DNA of 64,000 nt from Trueperaceae bacterium (GTDB lineage: Bacteria; Deinococcota; Deinococci; Deinococcales; Trueperaceae), in the NCBI GenBank assembly GCA_965214405.1, contig OZ243956.1, positions 3,584,001 to 3,648,000 of the forward strand, read 5' to 3'. Below are positions 48,007 through 58,866 of this stretch, one piece after another. The first letter of the stretch is position 1. Every line of letters begins with the position of its first letter. Under the pieces are notes generated by a model, which saw nothing but the letters and a program-made list of their open reading frames with translations, made no database searches and was not told the DNA's origin. A program made the position numbers and the translations under genes.

Positions 48007-49425
48007 ATGTCCGTTACAACCGCAAATTTCAGCCTAACCATTGGCGGGAAAGAGGCAGCCACGAGGGGGACCTTCGGCGTCATCAACCCCGCCACGGGCT
48101 CGGTCTTCGCCGCGGCCCCCGACTGCACCGACGCCCAACTTGACGACGCCATGACCGCCGCCGCCGAGGCGTTTCGGGGCTGGCGAAAGGACGAAGAGAA
48201 GCGGCGTCAGGCGCTTCGAGACTGCGCCGCGGCGATAGACGCGCACGCGGAAGAGGTGGCGCGAATAGAGACGCTCGAGCAGGGCAAACCGCTCCGCGAC
48301 TCGCTCGGCGAGATGGGCGGCGCGGCGCACTGGTTCAAAGAATTTGCCACCTTCCCCATCCCTTGTGACGTGCTGCGAGACAACGAGAGCGAGCGGGTCG
48401 AGGTCCGCCGCAAGCCCTTAGGCGTCGTCGGCTCGATTGCGCCGTGGAATTTCCCCGTCTTCTTGGCGGCCATGAAGGTAGCGCCCGCGCTCCTGGCTGG
48501 GAACACGGTGGTGCTCAAGCCGTCGCCTTACACCCCGCTCGCCACGCTCAAGCTCGGCGAGGTGCTACGGGAAGCTCTCCCTCCGGGGGTGCTCAACGTC
48601 GTCTCGGGCGGGGACGCGTTGGGCGCGGCCATCACCACGCACCCGGCGGTCCGCAAGGTTTGCTTTACCGGCTCGGTCGAAACGGGCAAAAAGGTCGCCG
48701 CCGCTGCCGCCCCCGACCTCAAGCGGCTGGTGCTCGAGCTGGGCGGCAACGACCCGGCCATCGTGCTTGACGATGTAGACCCGAAAGGGGTGGCTGAGAC
48801 GCTGTTTTGGGGTGCCTTTTGGAATGCGGGGCAGGTCTGTTTTGCCATCAAACGCCTCTACGTCCACGAGCGGGTCTACTCGGCGCTGGTTCAGGAACTC
48901 GCCGACCTTGCCAAGAACGTGCGGGTCGGCGATGGTCTCGACCCCGCCACGCAGCTTGGGCCACTCAACAACAAGCCGCAGCTCGAGCGGGTCACGGAAC
49001 TGGTGGAGGACGCAAAACGCTCGGGTGCGACCATCGTCACCGGTGGAGACCGCCTCAGCAGGCCGGGCTACTTTTATTTGCCTACCATCGTCACGGACGT
49101 CGCCGAAGGCACCCGGCTGGTGGACGAAGAGCAGTTCGGCCCGGCGCTTCCCGTCATGCCTTTTTCTAACGTTAAGGACGCGCTCGAGCGGGCGAACGCC
49201 ACCCACTTCGGTCTGAAAGCCTCCGTGTGGACGAAAGACCTAGACAAAGGGGCCGATATCGCAGCACAACTCGAGAGCGGCACGGCTTCAGTAAACAAGC
49301 ACGGCGGGGTAGACCCGGCGGTTCCCATCGGGGGCTCGAAGTGGTCGGGCATCGGCTACCAGAACGGCACCTGGGGGCTCGAGGCCTACAGCGAGTTGCA
49401 GGTCATCGAGCTAAACAAGACGTGA
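48007..49425 (+). CDS. Aldehyde dehydrogenase
   Basis: PWNFP, FTGS, LELGGND, NAGQVC, EEQFGP. Confidence 0.95.
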   Translation: MSVTTANFSLTIGGKEAATRGTFGVINPATGSVFAAAPDCTDAQLDDAMTAAAEAFRGWRKDEEKRRQALRDCAAAIDAHAEEVARIETLEQGKPLRDSLGEMGGAAHWFKEFATFPIPCDVLRDNESERVEVRRKPLGVVGSIAPWNFPVFLAAMKVAPALLAGNTVVLKPSPYTPLATLKLGEVLREALPPGVLNVVSGGDALGAAITTHPAVRKVCFTGSVETGKKVAAAAAPDLKRLVLELGGNDPAIVLDDVDPKGVAETLFWGAFWNAGQVCFAIKRLYVHERVYSALVQELADLAKNVRVGDGLDPATQLGPLNNKPQLERVTELVEDAKRSGATIVTGGDRLSRPGYFYLPTIVTDVAEGTRLVDEEQFGPALPVMPFSNVKDALERANATHFGLKASVWTKDLDKGADIAAQLESGTASVNKHGGVDPAVPIGGSKWSGIGYQNGTWGLEAYSELQVIELNKT

Positions 49426-49493
49426 CGGTGCGGAGGCCGGCTATCGACACTGGGCCACGGTTAATACGGCCAAACACGACCAAGGAGGTCAGG

Positions 49494-50960
49494 ATGACAA
49501 CGTTAGAGGCGACGACATTTTTAGAAGTAGCGACACTGACGGGTGAGAGAGCCCGAATAGACATACAGACCGTGAACGCCTTGCGAGGGGCCGTTCGCGG
49601 CCCGGTTCTCACTGCCGACGCCCCCGGCTACGACGAAGCGCGCCGGGTCTGGAACAAGCTGATCGACAAACGCCCCGCGCTGATCGTGCGTCCTACAGGA
49701 ACAGCCGACGTGGTGACGGCCGTCAACTTTGCTCGTGAGCACAACGTCTTGCTCGCCGTTCACGGGGGCGGCCACGGCGTAGCGGGCAACGCGACCTGCG
49801 ACGGCGGCCTCATGCTCGACTTGTCGCTGATGAAAGGGATATATGTAGACCCTCACGAAAGAACGGCCCACGCGCAAGGCGGCGTGACCTGGGGCGACTT
49901 AGACCACGAAACCCAACTGCACGGCCTGGCGACCCCCGGCGGCATCGTGTCTGAAACCGGCATCGCCGGACTGACCTTGGGCGGCGGCTACGGCTGGCTG
50001 CGCGGCAAGTACGGCCTGAGTTGCGACAACCTCGTTTCCGTAGAAATCGTGACCGCCGCAGGCGAGGTTCTGAGCGCCAGCGAGCGCGAGAACGAAGACC
50101 TTTTTTGGGCGCTGCGCGGTGGGGGCGGCAATTTCGGGGTCGTGACCTCGTTCGAGTACCGGCTCCACCCGGTTGGGCCGGTGGTCAACTTAGTCGCCGC
50201 CATGTATCCCAACGAGAAAACGGAGGAGATTCTACCCGCCTGGCGCGACTACGTCGCCCAAGCGCCGCCCGAATTCAGCGGCAACTGCCTCTTCTGGACC
50301 GTTCCCGACGTGCCTGACTTTCCACCCGAAGCGCGCAACCGAGGGGTTGTCGTTGTCGCGGGCGTCCATATCGGGCCACTGGACGAAGGGGCGGCTTTCG
50401 TTCAACCCCTGTGGGAACTGGCGGAGCCTCTGGTCGACCTGAGTGGGCAACTGCCTTTCGCCGTCGTTCAGACGTTGTTCGACTGGGTCAACCCCGAAGG
50501 CGAAGTCTACCACTACTGGAAATCGCTTCACCTCAACGAAATCAACGACGAGGTCGTCGCCATCGTCGCGGAACAGGTCCGCAACCGCCCCACCGACTGG
50601 ACGATATTCGACATCTGGGCGATGGGCGACACCGTCACCCGTGTTCCCACCGAGGCCACGGCGCTGGGCGACCGCAGCGCGCCTTATACCCTCGTGTTCA
50701 ACACCTCTTGGCACGACCCGGCCCTGTCGGAAACGTGTATCGAATGGACGCGCCGCTTCTATGAACGGCTGCAGCCCTATTCCTCCGGTCGCTCGTACCT
50801 GAACTTTCCCGGTTTTATGGAAGAAGAGGGTTTGGTTGAGAGGGCTTATGGTCGTAATTACGACCGGCTCGCTGACATCAAAGCCAAATACGACCCCCAA
50901 AACTTGTTCCGCTTGAATCAGAACATCGAGCCGACGCAAGCTTATACTGACCGCGGATAA
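49494..50960 (+). CDS. FAD-binding oxidoreductase with BBE domain
   Basis: GGGHG, GLTLGGGYG, LFWALRGGGGNFGVVT, YLNF, KYDPQNLF; RBS AAGGAGG. Confidence 0.92.
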   Translation: MTTLEATTFLEVATLTGERARIDIQTVNALRGAVRGPVLTADAPGYDEARRVWNKLIDKRPALIVRPTGTADVVTAVNFAREHNVLLAVHGGGHGVAGNATCDGGLMLDLSLMKGIYVDPHERTAHAQGGVTWGDLDHETQLHGLATPGGIVSETGIAGLTLGGGYGWLRGKYGLSCDNLVSVEIVTAAGEVLSASERENEDLFWALRGGGGNFGVVTSFEYRLHPVGPVVNLVAAMYPNEKTEEILPAWRDYVAQAPPEFSGNCLFWTVPDVPDFPPEARNRGVVVVAGVHIGPLDEGAAFVQPLWELAEPLVDLSGQLPFAVVQTLFDWVNPEGEVYHYWKSLHLNEINDEVVAIVAEQVRNRPTDWTIFDIWAMGDTVTRVPTEATALGDRSAPYTLVFNTSWHDPALSETCIEWTRRFYERLQPYSSGRSYLNFPGFMEEEGLVERAYGRNYDRLADIKAKYDPQNLFRLNQNIEPTQAYTDRG

Positions 50961-51083
50961 CGTCTTGACTGTCCTCTAAGCAGAGAATGCAGAAGGGGAA
51001 CAAAAGAAAAGAGGCGTTCTGCATTCTCCTTCAACCTTTTAGGCAACGTTTCTGTACCTTTGGTAGCTTGTGGGTAAGGTGAA

Positions 51084-54000
51084 TTAGAAAGGTACCTCGG
51101 GCTGTGCAGCACTGGCGGGGGCGGCCTTGCGGTAGCGGTTCCCGTTGTCGCGTTCGCGCAGCAAGACATCACGGTCGACCGTGACAGTGGTTTTGAGCCA
51201 GGGGCAACTCGTCTCGAGCTCCCTAAGCTTCTCCTCGTCAATGCGAATGTTTTCCGTCGCGTAGGTGGCGACGCCGCGCTGTGAGCGCACTTTGAAGCGC
51301 AGGGGGAGGCGGCCCGCGTATTCGTCCACCTGCGAACGAAAGTCGTACAGCAGATGCGCGTCTACCTCGTCCAAGTCAAACTCGGCAATTGCAACTTTAG
51401 GCAGCCCCTCGCGCTCCTCCCAGCGGATGAGCCTATCCGCCACCACGCGCACCGCCTCGCCGTCTTCGGAAAGTTCGGCGATGAGCACCGCGGGCGCATC
51501 CTCGACCAAGCGGTCGGCGACCTCGTCGTAGGTCCGCGAAAAGGCGACCACCTCGCGCGAGCCCGACTCGTCGGCCAACTCGAAGCGGGCCATCATCGTG
51601 CCCTTTTTGGTGGGCTTTTTGACGATGTTTTGCAGCATCCCCGCGAGCGCCACCTTGAGGCGCAAGGAGCCGTACTGCCCCTGACTCTCTCCCGCAGCGG
51701 CGCGCGCCGCCTTGAACCACGCCTCGAGCCCGTCCACCGGGCAACTCGCCGCCGCCGAGAGGCCGGGGTAGGAGTTCATGGGGTGGTCGGAAATGTACAA
51801 ACCCAAGGCTTCTTTTTCGAAGCGCAAGAGCTCGAGCTTGCTCAACTTCTTCACCTTGGCGGGCGCGGGAGGCCGCGTCTCCTCAGCCCCGAAGAGCCCC
51901 ATTTGCCCCTTCAAGGCCTGCTCGCGCTGCGCCGCGCCCCAGCGCATGGCGGGCTCCACGTTGGCTAAAAGCGTGCTCCGGTCGCCCAGCTTGTCGAACG
52001 CCCCCGCTTTGACAAGATGCTCTATCGCCCGCTTATTAACCGTGCTCGTGTCCACGCGGCGGCAGAAATCGTAGAGGTCCTTGAAGGGTCCTCGCGCCGT
52101 GCGCTCTTCAATCATATGCGCCACCGCGCCGTCGCCCACGTTCTTGATGCCGTAGAGCCCGAAGCGGACCACCTCGCCCACGGGCGTGAAGTCGCTCCGT
52201 GACTCGTTGATGTCGGGCGGCAAGACGTCCGTCCCCAAACGCCTCGCGTCGCTCACGTACTGCGCGACCTTGTCCGAGTTGGCGCGTTCGACGGTGAAAA
52301 GCGCGGCGGCGAACTCGACGGGGTAGTGCGCCTTGAGGTAGGCGGTTTGGTAGGACAAGGCACCGTAGGCGGTGCTGTGAGCCTTGTTAAAACCGTAGTT
52401 GGCGAACTTCTCGAGCAGGTCGAAAATCGCGTTGGCCTCACCCGCCGGGATGCCCTTGTCGGCGGCTCCCTTTTTGAAAATCTCGCGGTGCTTGACCATC
52501 GCCTCGAGGATTTTCTTACCCATCGCCTTGCGTAACAAGTCGGCTTCGCCCAGGCTGTATCCCGCGACGGCCTGGGCAATCTTCAGGATTTGCTCCTGGT
52601 ACACGGGGATTCCGTAGGTTTCTTCTAGGATGGACTCGAGATACTCGCGCGACGCCGGAAAGTCTGCATAAGGGTCCTCGGTAAAATTTGGGTCGGTGGT
52701 GCCGTGATGCCGCCGGATATAGGTCGGGATATTTTCCATCGGGCCGGGGCGGTACAAGGCCGACACCGCAATAAGGTCCTGAACCCGGTTAGGTTTAAGC
52801 TTGCGCAGCGTGTCCACCATCCCCGGCGACTCGAACTGGAACACCCCCGCCGCCTCGCCGCGCGAGAGCAGTTCAAATGTTTTCGCGTCGTCTAACGGAA
52901 ATGCGTCCGGGTTCAAGTCAATGCCGCGCGACTCCTTGACGATGCGCACCGCCGCCTCGATAAAAGACAAGGTCCGCAAGCCCAAAAAGTCCATCTTGAT
53001 AAAGCCCAAGTCTTCGACCGAACTCATGTCGTACTGGCAGACGATGGGACCGTCGCCGCTGCGGAACACGGGCGCAAGTTCTTGGACGGGTTGGCGGGCG
53101 ATGATGACCCCCGCCGCGTGGACCGAGGCGTGCCTCGTCAGGCCTTCTAAGCTCAGCGCCACGTCCACGAATTCTTTCGCGCCACTCTCGTAATGCTGCT
53201 TGATTTCGGCCACTTCCTCCATCGCCCTTGCGATGGGTGTGGAGCGACCGAACACCACCGGGATGAGTTTGGAAATTTTGTCGGCGTCGGCGTAGGGGGC
53301 TTCCAACACCCGCGCGGCGTCGCGGATGGCCGCCTTGGACGCCATCGTTCCGAAGGTGGCGATTTGCGCGACCTTGTCGTCCCCGTACTTCCGCCTTACG
53401 TAGTCCACCACCTCCATACGCCGCGTGTCGGAAAAGTCCACGTCAATGTCGGGCATACTGATGCGGTCGGGGTTCAAAAACCTCTCGAAAAGCAGGCCGT
53501 ATTGCAGAGGCTCGATGTTGGTAATCTTGGTTGCGTAACAAACAATTGAGCCCGCGCCCGAGCCCCGGCCCGGCCCCACCGCGATACCCTGGTCCTTGGC
53601 CCAGTTGATAAAGTCGGCAACAATCAGCAGGTAGTCGGGAAAGCCCATCGAGATGGTGACGCCGAGTTCGTACTCGGCGCGTTCTAAGATGATCAGCGCC
53701 TCTTCGCTCACGTCCGCCGTTTTAAGCTTTTCCAAGTGCGGGTACGTCACATACTTTTCCCCGGCCACTTTGGCTTGCGCCTGACACTTTTCACCCTCGG
53801 TAGCCAAGGCGAGTAGCACGTCTTCCAATTTCTCAGGCACGTTCGCCGTGGCTTGGGAAAGGTACGCCCGGTAAAGCGCCTCGGTAATGACCTCGTACCG
53901 CTCGATCAACCCCTCATACGTCTGCACCCGCAACTGCTCGGCCAGCGTCCGGCCCGCCGGGATGGGCAATTCAGGCATCTGGTAAACGCGCTTAGACCCC

Positions 54001-54896
54001 ACCGGCAGCACCACGTCACATAGGTCGGCAATGTCCATCGTGCGCGCCAACGCCCCCGGAAAATCGGCCTCGGGAATTGCCTTTGCCATCTCCTCAGGTG
54101 TCTTGACGTAAAACTCGTCGCAGGGAAAGCGAAAGCGTTTGGGGTCCGAGAGCGTCGTTTTGGTCTGAATCGCCAGCAGCGCCTCGTGCGCTTTCGCGTC
54201 CTCGCGCTTTACATAATGCCCGTCGTTGGTGGCGACGAGCCCGAGGCCGTACTGGTCTGCGAGAGAACGCAACATCGGGTTGAGCCGCGTTTGCTGCTCG
54301 GACAAATCGCGCAGCTTCTCGTCCATCGCCTCGGCAGCTTCGGGCACGTGGTTCTGGAGTTCGACAAAAAAGTCGTCACCGTAAATATCTAAATATTGCT
54401 TTAGCGTCTCCTCGCCTGCCTCCTCGCCAATATCCAACAGCGCCCGCGGAATCTGCGCGCCCAAGCAGCCCGACAAGGCGATGACGCCCTCTGAATACTC
54501 GCGCAACAGTTCATGGTCCACCCTCGGTTTGCCGTAGAAGCCCTCGAGCCAGCCCCTCGAGTTGAGCTTGCACAGGTTCTGGTAGCCCTTAAAATTCTTC
54601 GCCAACAGCGTCAGGTGAAAATAGCCGCCGTCGAGTTTTGAACTTCCTTTGCGCTTGTCAAACCTCGAGCCCGCCGTTACATAAGCCTCAAAACCGATAA
54701 TCGGCTTGACGCCCGCTTTTTCGGCCTCCTTGTAAAACTCCACCGCGCCGTGCATGTTGCCGTGGTCGGTCATCGCCACCACCGGGTTGTCGGGCGAAAC
54801 CTCCTTGACCCATTTCATGAGGTCTTTGATGCGCGCGGCCCCGTCTAGGAGGCTGTAGGCGGTGTGCTGGTGGAGGTGGGCAAATTTGAGAGCCAT
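51084..54896 (-). CDS. dnaE: DNA polymerase III alpha subunit
   Basis: HLHQHTAYSLLDG, GPGRGSGAGS, MPDIDVDF, HAAG, KMDFLGL, YGFNKAH; no intein. Confidence 0.97.
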   Translation of the reverse strand: MALKFAHLHQHTAYSLLDGAARIKDLMKWVKEVSPDNPVVAMTDHGNMHGAVEFYKEAEKAGVKPIIGFEAYVTAGSRFDKRKGSSKLDGGYFHLTLLAKNFKGYQNLCKLNSRGWLEGFYGKPRVDHELLREYSEGVIALSGCLGAQIPRALLDIGEEAGEETLKQYLDIYGDDFFVELQNHVPEAAEAMDEKLRDLSEQQTRLNPMLRSLADQYGLGLVATNDGHYVKREDAKAHEALLAIQTKTTLSDPKRFRFPCDEFYVKTPEEMAKAIPEADFPGALARTMDIADLCDVVLPVGSKRVYQMPELPIPAGRTLAEQLRVQTYEGLIERYEVITEALYRAYLSQATANVPEKLEDVLLALATEGEKCQAQAKVAGEKYVTYPHLEKLKTADVSEEALIILERAEYELGVTISMGFPDYLLIVADFINWAKDQGIAVGPGRGSGAGSIVCYATKITNIEPLQYGLLFERFLNPDRISMPDIDVDFSDTRRMEVVDYVRRKYGDDKVAQIATFGTMASKAAIRDAARVLEAPYADADKISKLIPVVFGRSTPIARAMEEVAEIKQHYESGAKEFVDVALSLEGLTRHASVHAAGVIIARQPVQELAPVFRSGDGPIVCQYDMSSVEDLGFIKMDFLGLRTLSFIEAAVRIVKESRGIDLNPDAFPLDDAKTFELLSRGEAAGVFQFESPGMVDTLRKLKPNRVQDLIAVSALYRPGPMENIPTYIRRHHGTTDPNFTEDPYADFPASREYLESILEETYGIPVYQEQILKIAQAVAGYSLGEADLLRKAMGKKILEAMVKHREIFKKGAADKGIPAGEANAIFDLLEKFANYGFNKAHSTAYGALSYQTAYLKAHYPVEFAAALFTVERANSDKVAQYVSDARRLGTDVLPPDINESRSDFTPVGEVVRFGLYGIKNVGDGAVAHMIEERTARGPFKDLYDFCRRVDTSTVNKRAIEHLVKAGAFDKLGDRSTLLANVEPAMRWGAAQREQALKGQMGLFGAEETRPPAPAKVKKLSKLELLRFEKEALGLYISDHPMNSYPGLSAAASCPVDGLEAWFKAARAAAGESQGQYGSLRLKVALAGMLQNIVKKPTKKGTMMARFELADESGSREVVAFSRTYDEVADRLVEDAPAVLIAELSEDGEAVRVVADRLIRWEEREGLPKVAIAEFDLDEVDAHLLYDFRSQVDEYAGRLPLRFKVRSQRGVATYATENIRIDEEKLRELETSCPWLKTTVTVDRDVLLRERDNGNRYRKAAPASAAQPEVPF

Positions 54897-54989
54897 GCCC
54901 TATTCTAACCCCGACTTGACAGGACTCGAGTGGGGGAGGCTTGAGGCACCAATTAAGTTGCGTCTGCTACAGGTAGAGTAGACTGACCC

Positions 54990-55649
54990 ATGAAAAGGGA
55001 GCTCCGTCAACCCTCAATAGACCCTCAAGGCGTTGACCTACCGCGCTTATATGCCTTTAGCGACGGGGTTTTCGCCATCGCCATAACGCTTTTGGCTCTG
55101 GAGATTCGCTTTCCTGAGCTCGAGCCCAGCGCCGTCCCCACCCAATTCTGGCCCACGCTCGCCGCCATGACCCCCACTATTTTTGGCTTTGTCCAGAGCT
55201 TCGTGATCATTGGTCTTTTCTGGATGGTTCACCAGCGCGTGTTTCGCCTCATCAAACGGGGTGACAACGTGCTGCTGTGGCTCAACCTGTTCTATCTGCT
55301 GCTCGTGGCTTTTTTGCCCGTGCCTAGCGGCGTCGTCTCGCGGTACTTCACACAACCCGCGACGATGAGCTTTTACGTTTTGTGCGTTGCGCTCTTGGGC
55401 CTCACGCACCTGCTGCTCTGGCGCTACGCGTCGCGCAAGTACCGGCTGATTGATACGCAGCTCGAGCCCGCGCAAATCAGGATGATTACCCTGCGCGCGC
55501 TCGCGCTGCCGCTCGTATGTTTTGTCACGCTGGGGCTTTACTTAGTCTGGCCGTACATCATCTACGCCTTTGGCTTGTTCATTGCGCTCGCTTATTTTTT
55601 GGTGGGGCGGGTGTTTAAGCGGGCGGAGCGTCGTTCGGTGCGTTCGTGA
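54990..55649 (+). CDS. TMEM175-family potassium channel
   Basis: RLYAFSDGVFAIAITLL, FWMVH, WLNL. Confidence 0.9.
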   Translation: MKRELRQPSIDPQGVDLPRLYAFSDGVFAIAITLLALEIRFPELEPSAVPTQFWPTLAAMTPTIFGFVQSFVIIGLFWMVHQRVFRLIKRGDNVLLWLNLFYLLLVAFLPVPSGVVSRYFTQPATMSFYVLCVALLGLTHLLLWRYASRKYRLIDTQLEPAQIRMITLRALALPLVCFVTLGLYLVWPYIIYAFGLFIALAYFLVGRVFKRAERRSVRS

Positions 55650-55752
55650 GGTTTCTTTTGTGAATCCCCCTTAGGCTCGAGTCCCTACACTTGCTCTTGG
55701 CGTACAGTCGCTTTTGAGGTGCCGACTTTAACATGAATTCAAGGAGGAACAT

Positions 55753-56010
55753 ATGGCCTCGACCGCTCCCAACCGCATGTACACGCAACGCAGAGAAAAC
55801 CGTAGAGACGCCGCCGAAGAGATTATCCGTGACCTCGACGACTCCACCAAAGCGTCGACCGGTGTGAGCCTCTTGCACATCCTCGCCATAGGCTCGATAG
55901 GCGCGTCTATAGCGCTCTTCTTGTCGGGTCGGAAGCAGGCGGGTATCTTTATAGGGTTGTGGCCGCCGACCTTTGAGGCGCTCAAGTCTGCCGCGGACAA
56001 AAACAGGTAG
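55753..56010 (+). CDS. Small membrane protein of unknown function
   Basis: RBS AAGGAGG; hydrophobic SIGASIALF...IFIGLWPPTF; followed by a hairpin at 56038-56060. Confidence 0.7.
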   Translation: MASTAPNRMYTQRRENRRDAAEEIIRDLDDSTKASTGVSLLHILAIGSIGASIALFLSGRKQAGIFIGLWPPTFEALKSAADKNR

Positions 56011-56132
56011 AAGCTTTTACAAACGCATGGTGAGAATAAAGCCGCTCGAGCAGCGGCTTTTCCTTTTGCGCCTGTGACCCTCCAAGGCTCGAGCTGGTAG
56101 GCTGAGAGCACAAGGGACGGTGAGGGAGGTTT

Positions 56133-57040
56133 ATGGATTTGGACCGGAGGAAGCTTCATGGGGACATTCTCGAGCTCTACACCCGCGAACACGCCGCGCT
56201 CGGCGAAGCGGGAACGCGGGCGCATCTGGAGCGGGGGAGAGAGCTTTCCCGGCGCTTCGGTTTACCCGCGACCCTGCGCGCGGGCGGCGTGCTGGTCTTT
56301 CCTCACGCTGGGGTAAGCGATTGTGGCTATCAAATCGCCGCCTGCGTTCACGCGTGTTTGGACGCCTGTTTGGAGGGCGACAAAAAGAACGTGCTGGTCG
56401 TGAGCGTGCTCCACGCGTTTACCGACGAAATGGAGGAGGCGCGGCGGCGCGTGGCGGCGGGGGGCGACCCCTCAAAGAAGCCCCCTGGGGCGTGCAGGGT
56501 CCTGGCTTAACGGGGCGGCAGGAGTGGCGGAGCGACCACGTGCTGATGAGCTGGCGTCACTTTTGGGAGGCGGAGGTGGCGCGGCGGGGTCTCAAAGAAT
56601 CGGACGTGCCCATCGTCACCGAGCGTTACCCTTATCTGGCGGGCGGCAAACCCGGCGAACTGCCCGGTATTGACGAGGTGCAGGCTCTCTCCGAGGACGC
56701 CGTGGTCGTCTCGACCGCGGACGCGTTTCATCACGGAATTGGTTACGGCGACGCGCCGGAGGACGCGTTCTACCCTGACGAGGCGGGACTCGCCAAGGCC
56801 AAGGCGGTTTTAGAGGAGGGGGTGGCGCTGTTGGAAGCGGGCGACTACTGGAGCTACAACGAGCACTGCGTAAGGGCTAAGAGCGACGCAAGGGACGCCG
56901 GACAGGTTTTCCGCTACGTTCGCGGACCTCTCAGGGGCCGCGTCATCGACCTCACTTATAGCGACGCAACCGAGCTTTACGAGCAGCCCGCGCCCACCTG
57001 GGTCGCCGCCGCGCTGTTCGAGTGGACGCCGGAGGGATAG
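56133..57040 (+). pseudogene. Memo/LigB-like-fold protein split by a -1 frameshift near 56475
   Basis: RBS GGAGG-ATG; one frame gives VFPHAG...GGDPSK, the -1 frame continues EAPWGVQGPG...STADAFHHGIGYG. Confidence 0.6.
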
Positions 57041-57085
57041 GTAGGGTCGGGCGGTAGGGTTGTCTTGAAAATCAAAAGAAGATGG

Positions 57086-57754
57086 TCAAGCCGCAGCTTC
57101 ATTTACCGGAAGCGTGGTTCGGCAATGCGGGTAGCTCGAGCAGCCCCAAAAGGCCTGACCGGCGTTTTCTCCTTTTGCCGCTTTCCTTTGAACCATATCT
57201 GCGCCGCAGCTTGGACAAGCGGGTGAGGTCGCGTGCAAGGGTGGGAGAGTTGGGGCAACGGGTTTGGTGTTTGCTAAAAAGGGCTCGAGCGCCTCTCTAA
57301 GTTCTCGTAAGGCGTAGGTTTGTTTGGCTGGAAAGCGGAGCAAGGGAAGGCCTGCAGCTCTGAAAGCCCCCTCCACAAAAGCGTCCCTCTTCTTGCGTTC
57401 CGCGCGTTCGTGACTCTTGTCGTCAAGCTCGACGCCGCAGATGGGTGCCGCGCCGCTCTTGTCGCAAAGCAGAAAATCAATGTGTTTCGAGCTTATGCGG
57501 TTGAACGCGCTTTTTCCGGCCCCTTTTTCAGTAATGAGCACATCCGCAAGGCGTACCTTAGCCAAGACGCGTAGTTCTTCTCCTACGGCTTGTTCAAGAA
57601 CGCCCAGAAAAGACCGTTCTGCAGGAGAGAAGAGCGCCTTCCTCTTTTTATAGGGGAACATTTTCTTAGTGAGCTGCTTTGGCTGTTCTGAACGTTGCCT
57701 AAAGGCTACGAACAAAACGGCAACCACCACCATCACCACGACGAACCAAACCAC
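57086..57754 (-). CDS. DUF2726 protein with C-terminal topoisomerase-type C4 zinc finger
   Basis: N-terminal TM helix, LFSPAERSF, KVRLAD, KHIDFL, ELDDKSH, CPSCG...FWGCSSYPHC. Confidence 0.88.
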   Translation of the reverse strand: MVWFVVVMVVVAVLFVAFRQRSEQPKQLTKKMFPYKKRKALFSPAERSFLGVLEQAVGEELRVLAKVRLADVLITEKGAGKSAFNRISSKHIDFLLCDKSGAAPICGVELDDKSHERAERKKRDAFVEGAFRAAGLPLLRFPAKQTYALRELREALEPFLANTKPVAPTLPPLHATSPACPSCGADMVQRKAAKGENAGQAFWGCSSYPHCRTTLPVNEAAA

Positions 57755-57836
57755 ATCATCCTCCCTTACCGGAAGCATAAATGGCAAGGGGGGATTTTCG
57801 TGCGATATTTACAACTCGGTTTTTGAGGCTTAGCCC

Positions 57837-58862
57837 TTACAGCTTGTTTCTGCTGGGCGGCACCTCGTTGTTCCGCTCCGCCGCGCGGTCCGAAAGCCGC
57901 GTCATGAGCGAGGGAACCAGGCGTGAGGTGCTCTCCCAGCCCGTTCTGATCTCGTCGCCACCGACGGGGTCCGGGGCGGGCAGGAGGCGGCTGACGGTTT
58001 TCATGAGGCGCGCGGTCGATTCTGGAAAGAGTTCGTTGGCGAGCGCGGCGGCGCGGCCCTGGGGAGCCAGCACCAGGTGGGCGTCACCGTGGCGGCAGGC
58101 CTCGAGAATGCGGCGCGCGGCCAGAGAAGCGTCCATCGACAGGAGCGGCAAGGACGCGCCCGCGGCGAACCAGCCCAGTTCGCGTTCGTGTTGGCCCTTG
58201 AACTGCGCGTTGAGGTGCGAGCCCGTGCGCGTGAGCCAGGGGCAGACGGTGGTAACCGCAATACCGTCCTTGGCGAGTTCGGCGCGCACGCCGTCCGAGA
58301 GCCCGACGAGCGCAAACTTCGAGGCTGAATAAGGAGCCAGGTGCGGCACCGCCACCTTGCCGCCGATCGACGCGATGTTGACGATGCGCCCGCCCCCCTG
58401 CCGCTTCATGGCGGGTACGGCGGCGAGCATGGTGTACAGGGGTCCCCAGAAGTGAACGGCCATCGCGTTCTCAAAGTCTTCCACTCGCATATTTTCTAAA
58501 GGCCCCACCTGAATCACGCCCGCGTTGTTGACGAGCACGTCGATGCGGCCATAATGCCTCAGCACCCGCTCTACCGCCCCCTCCACCTGCGCCCGGTCGC
58601 GCACGTCACAGGGGAGGGTCAGGGCGTGCGCGCCCCTACGTCTCAAGTCTTCGGCGGCGCGCGCCAGCTCGCCCTCATCGCGCGCGAGCAGCGTGAGCCG
58701 CGCGCCCTCTGCGGCGAAAAGGCGCGCCATGAGGAGGCCCAGACCCCTCGAGCCCCCCGTAACGACCACCGATTGACCCCGAAAGCTTGTGCGCCGCCGA
58801 AGCGCCCCTGAAAGCGCCAGCGCCGCGCCGCCGCCCAAAAGAAGCCCCACCCCCCGTTTCAC
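57837..58862 (-). CDS. SDR family oxidoreductase
   Basis: TGGSRGLG, NNAG, YSASK. Confidence 0.9.
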   Translation of the reverse strand: MKRGVGLLLGGGAALALSGALRRRTSFRGQSVVVTGGSRGLGLLMARLFAAEGARLTLLARDEGELARAAEDLRRRGAHALTLPCDVRDRAQVEGAVERVLRHYGRIDVLVNNAGVIQVGPLENMRVEDFENAMAVHFWGPLYTMLAAVPAMKRQGGGRIVNIASIGGKVAVPHLAPYSASKFALVGLSDGVRAELAKDGIAVTTVCPWLTRTGSHLNAQFKGQHERELGWFAAGASLPLLSMDASLAARRILEACRHGDAHLVLAPQGRAAALANELFPESTARLMKTVSRLLPAPDPVGGDEIRTGWESTSRLVPSLMTRLSDRAAERNNEVPPSRNKL

Positions 58863-58866
58863 GTTA

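Noticed and set aside
49227..49493. 89-aa N-terminal extension of the FAD oxidoreductase
   Set aside because: It overlaps the aldehyde dehydrogenase; a strong RBS marks ATG 49494 as the start.
53700..53900. Insertion in DnaE as a mini-intein
   Set aside because: No Cys/Ser start, TxxH block or HN end; it fits the helical insertion known from Thermus-type DnaE.
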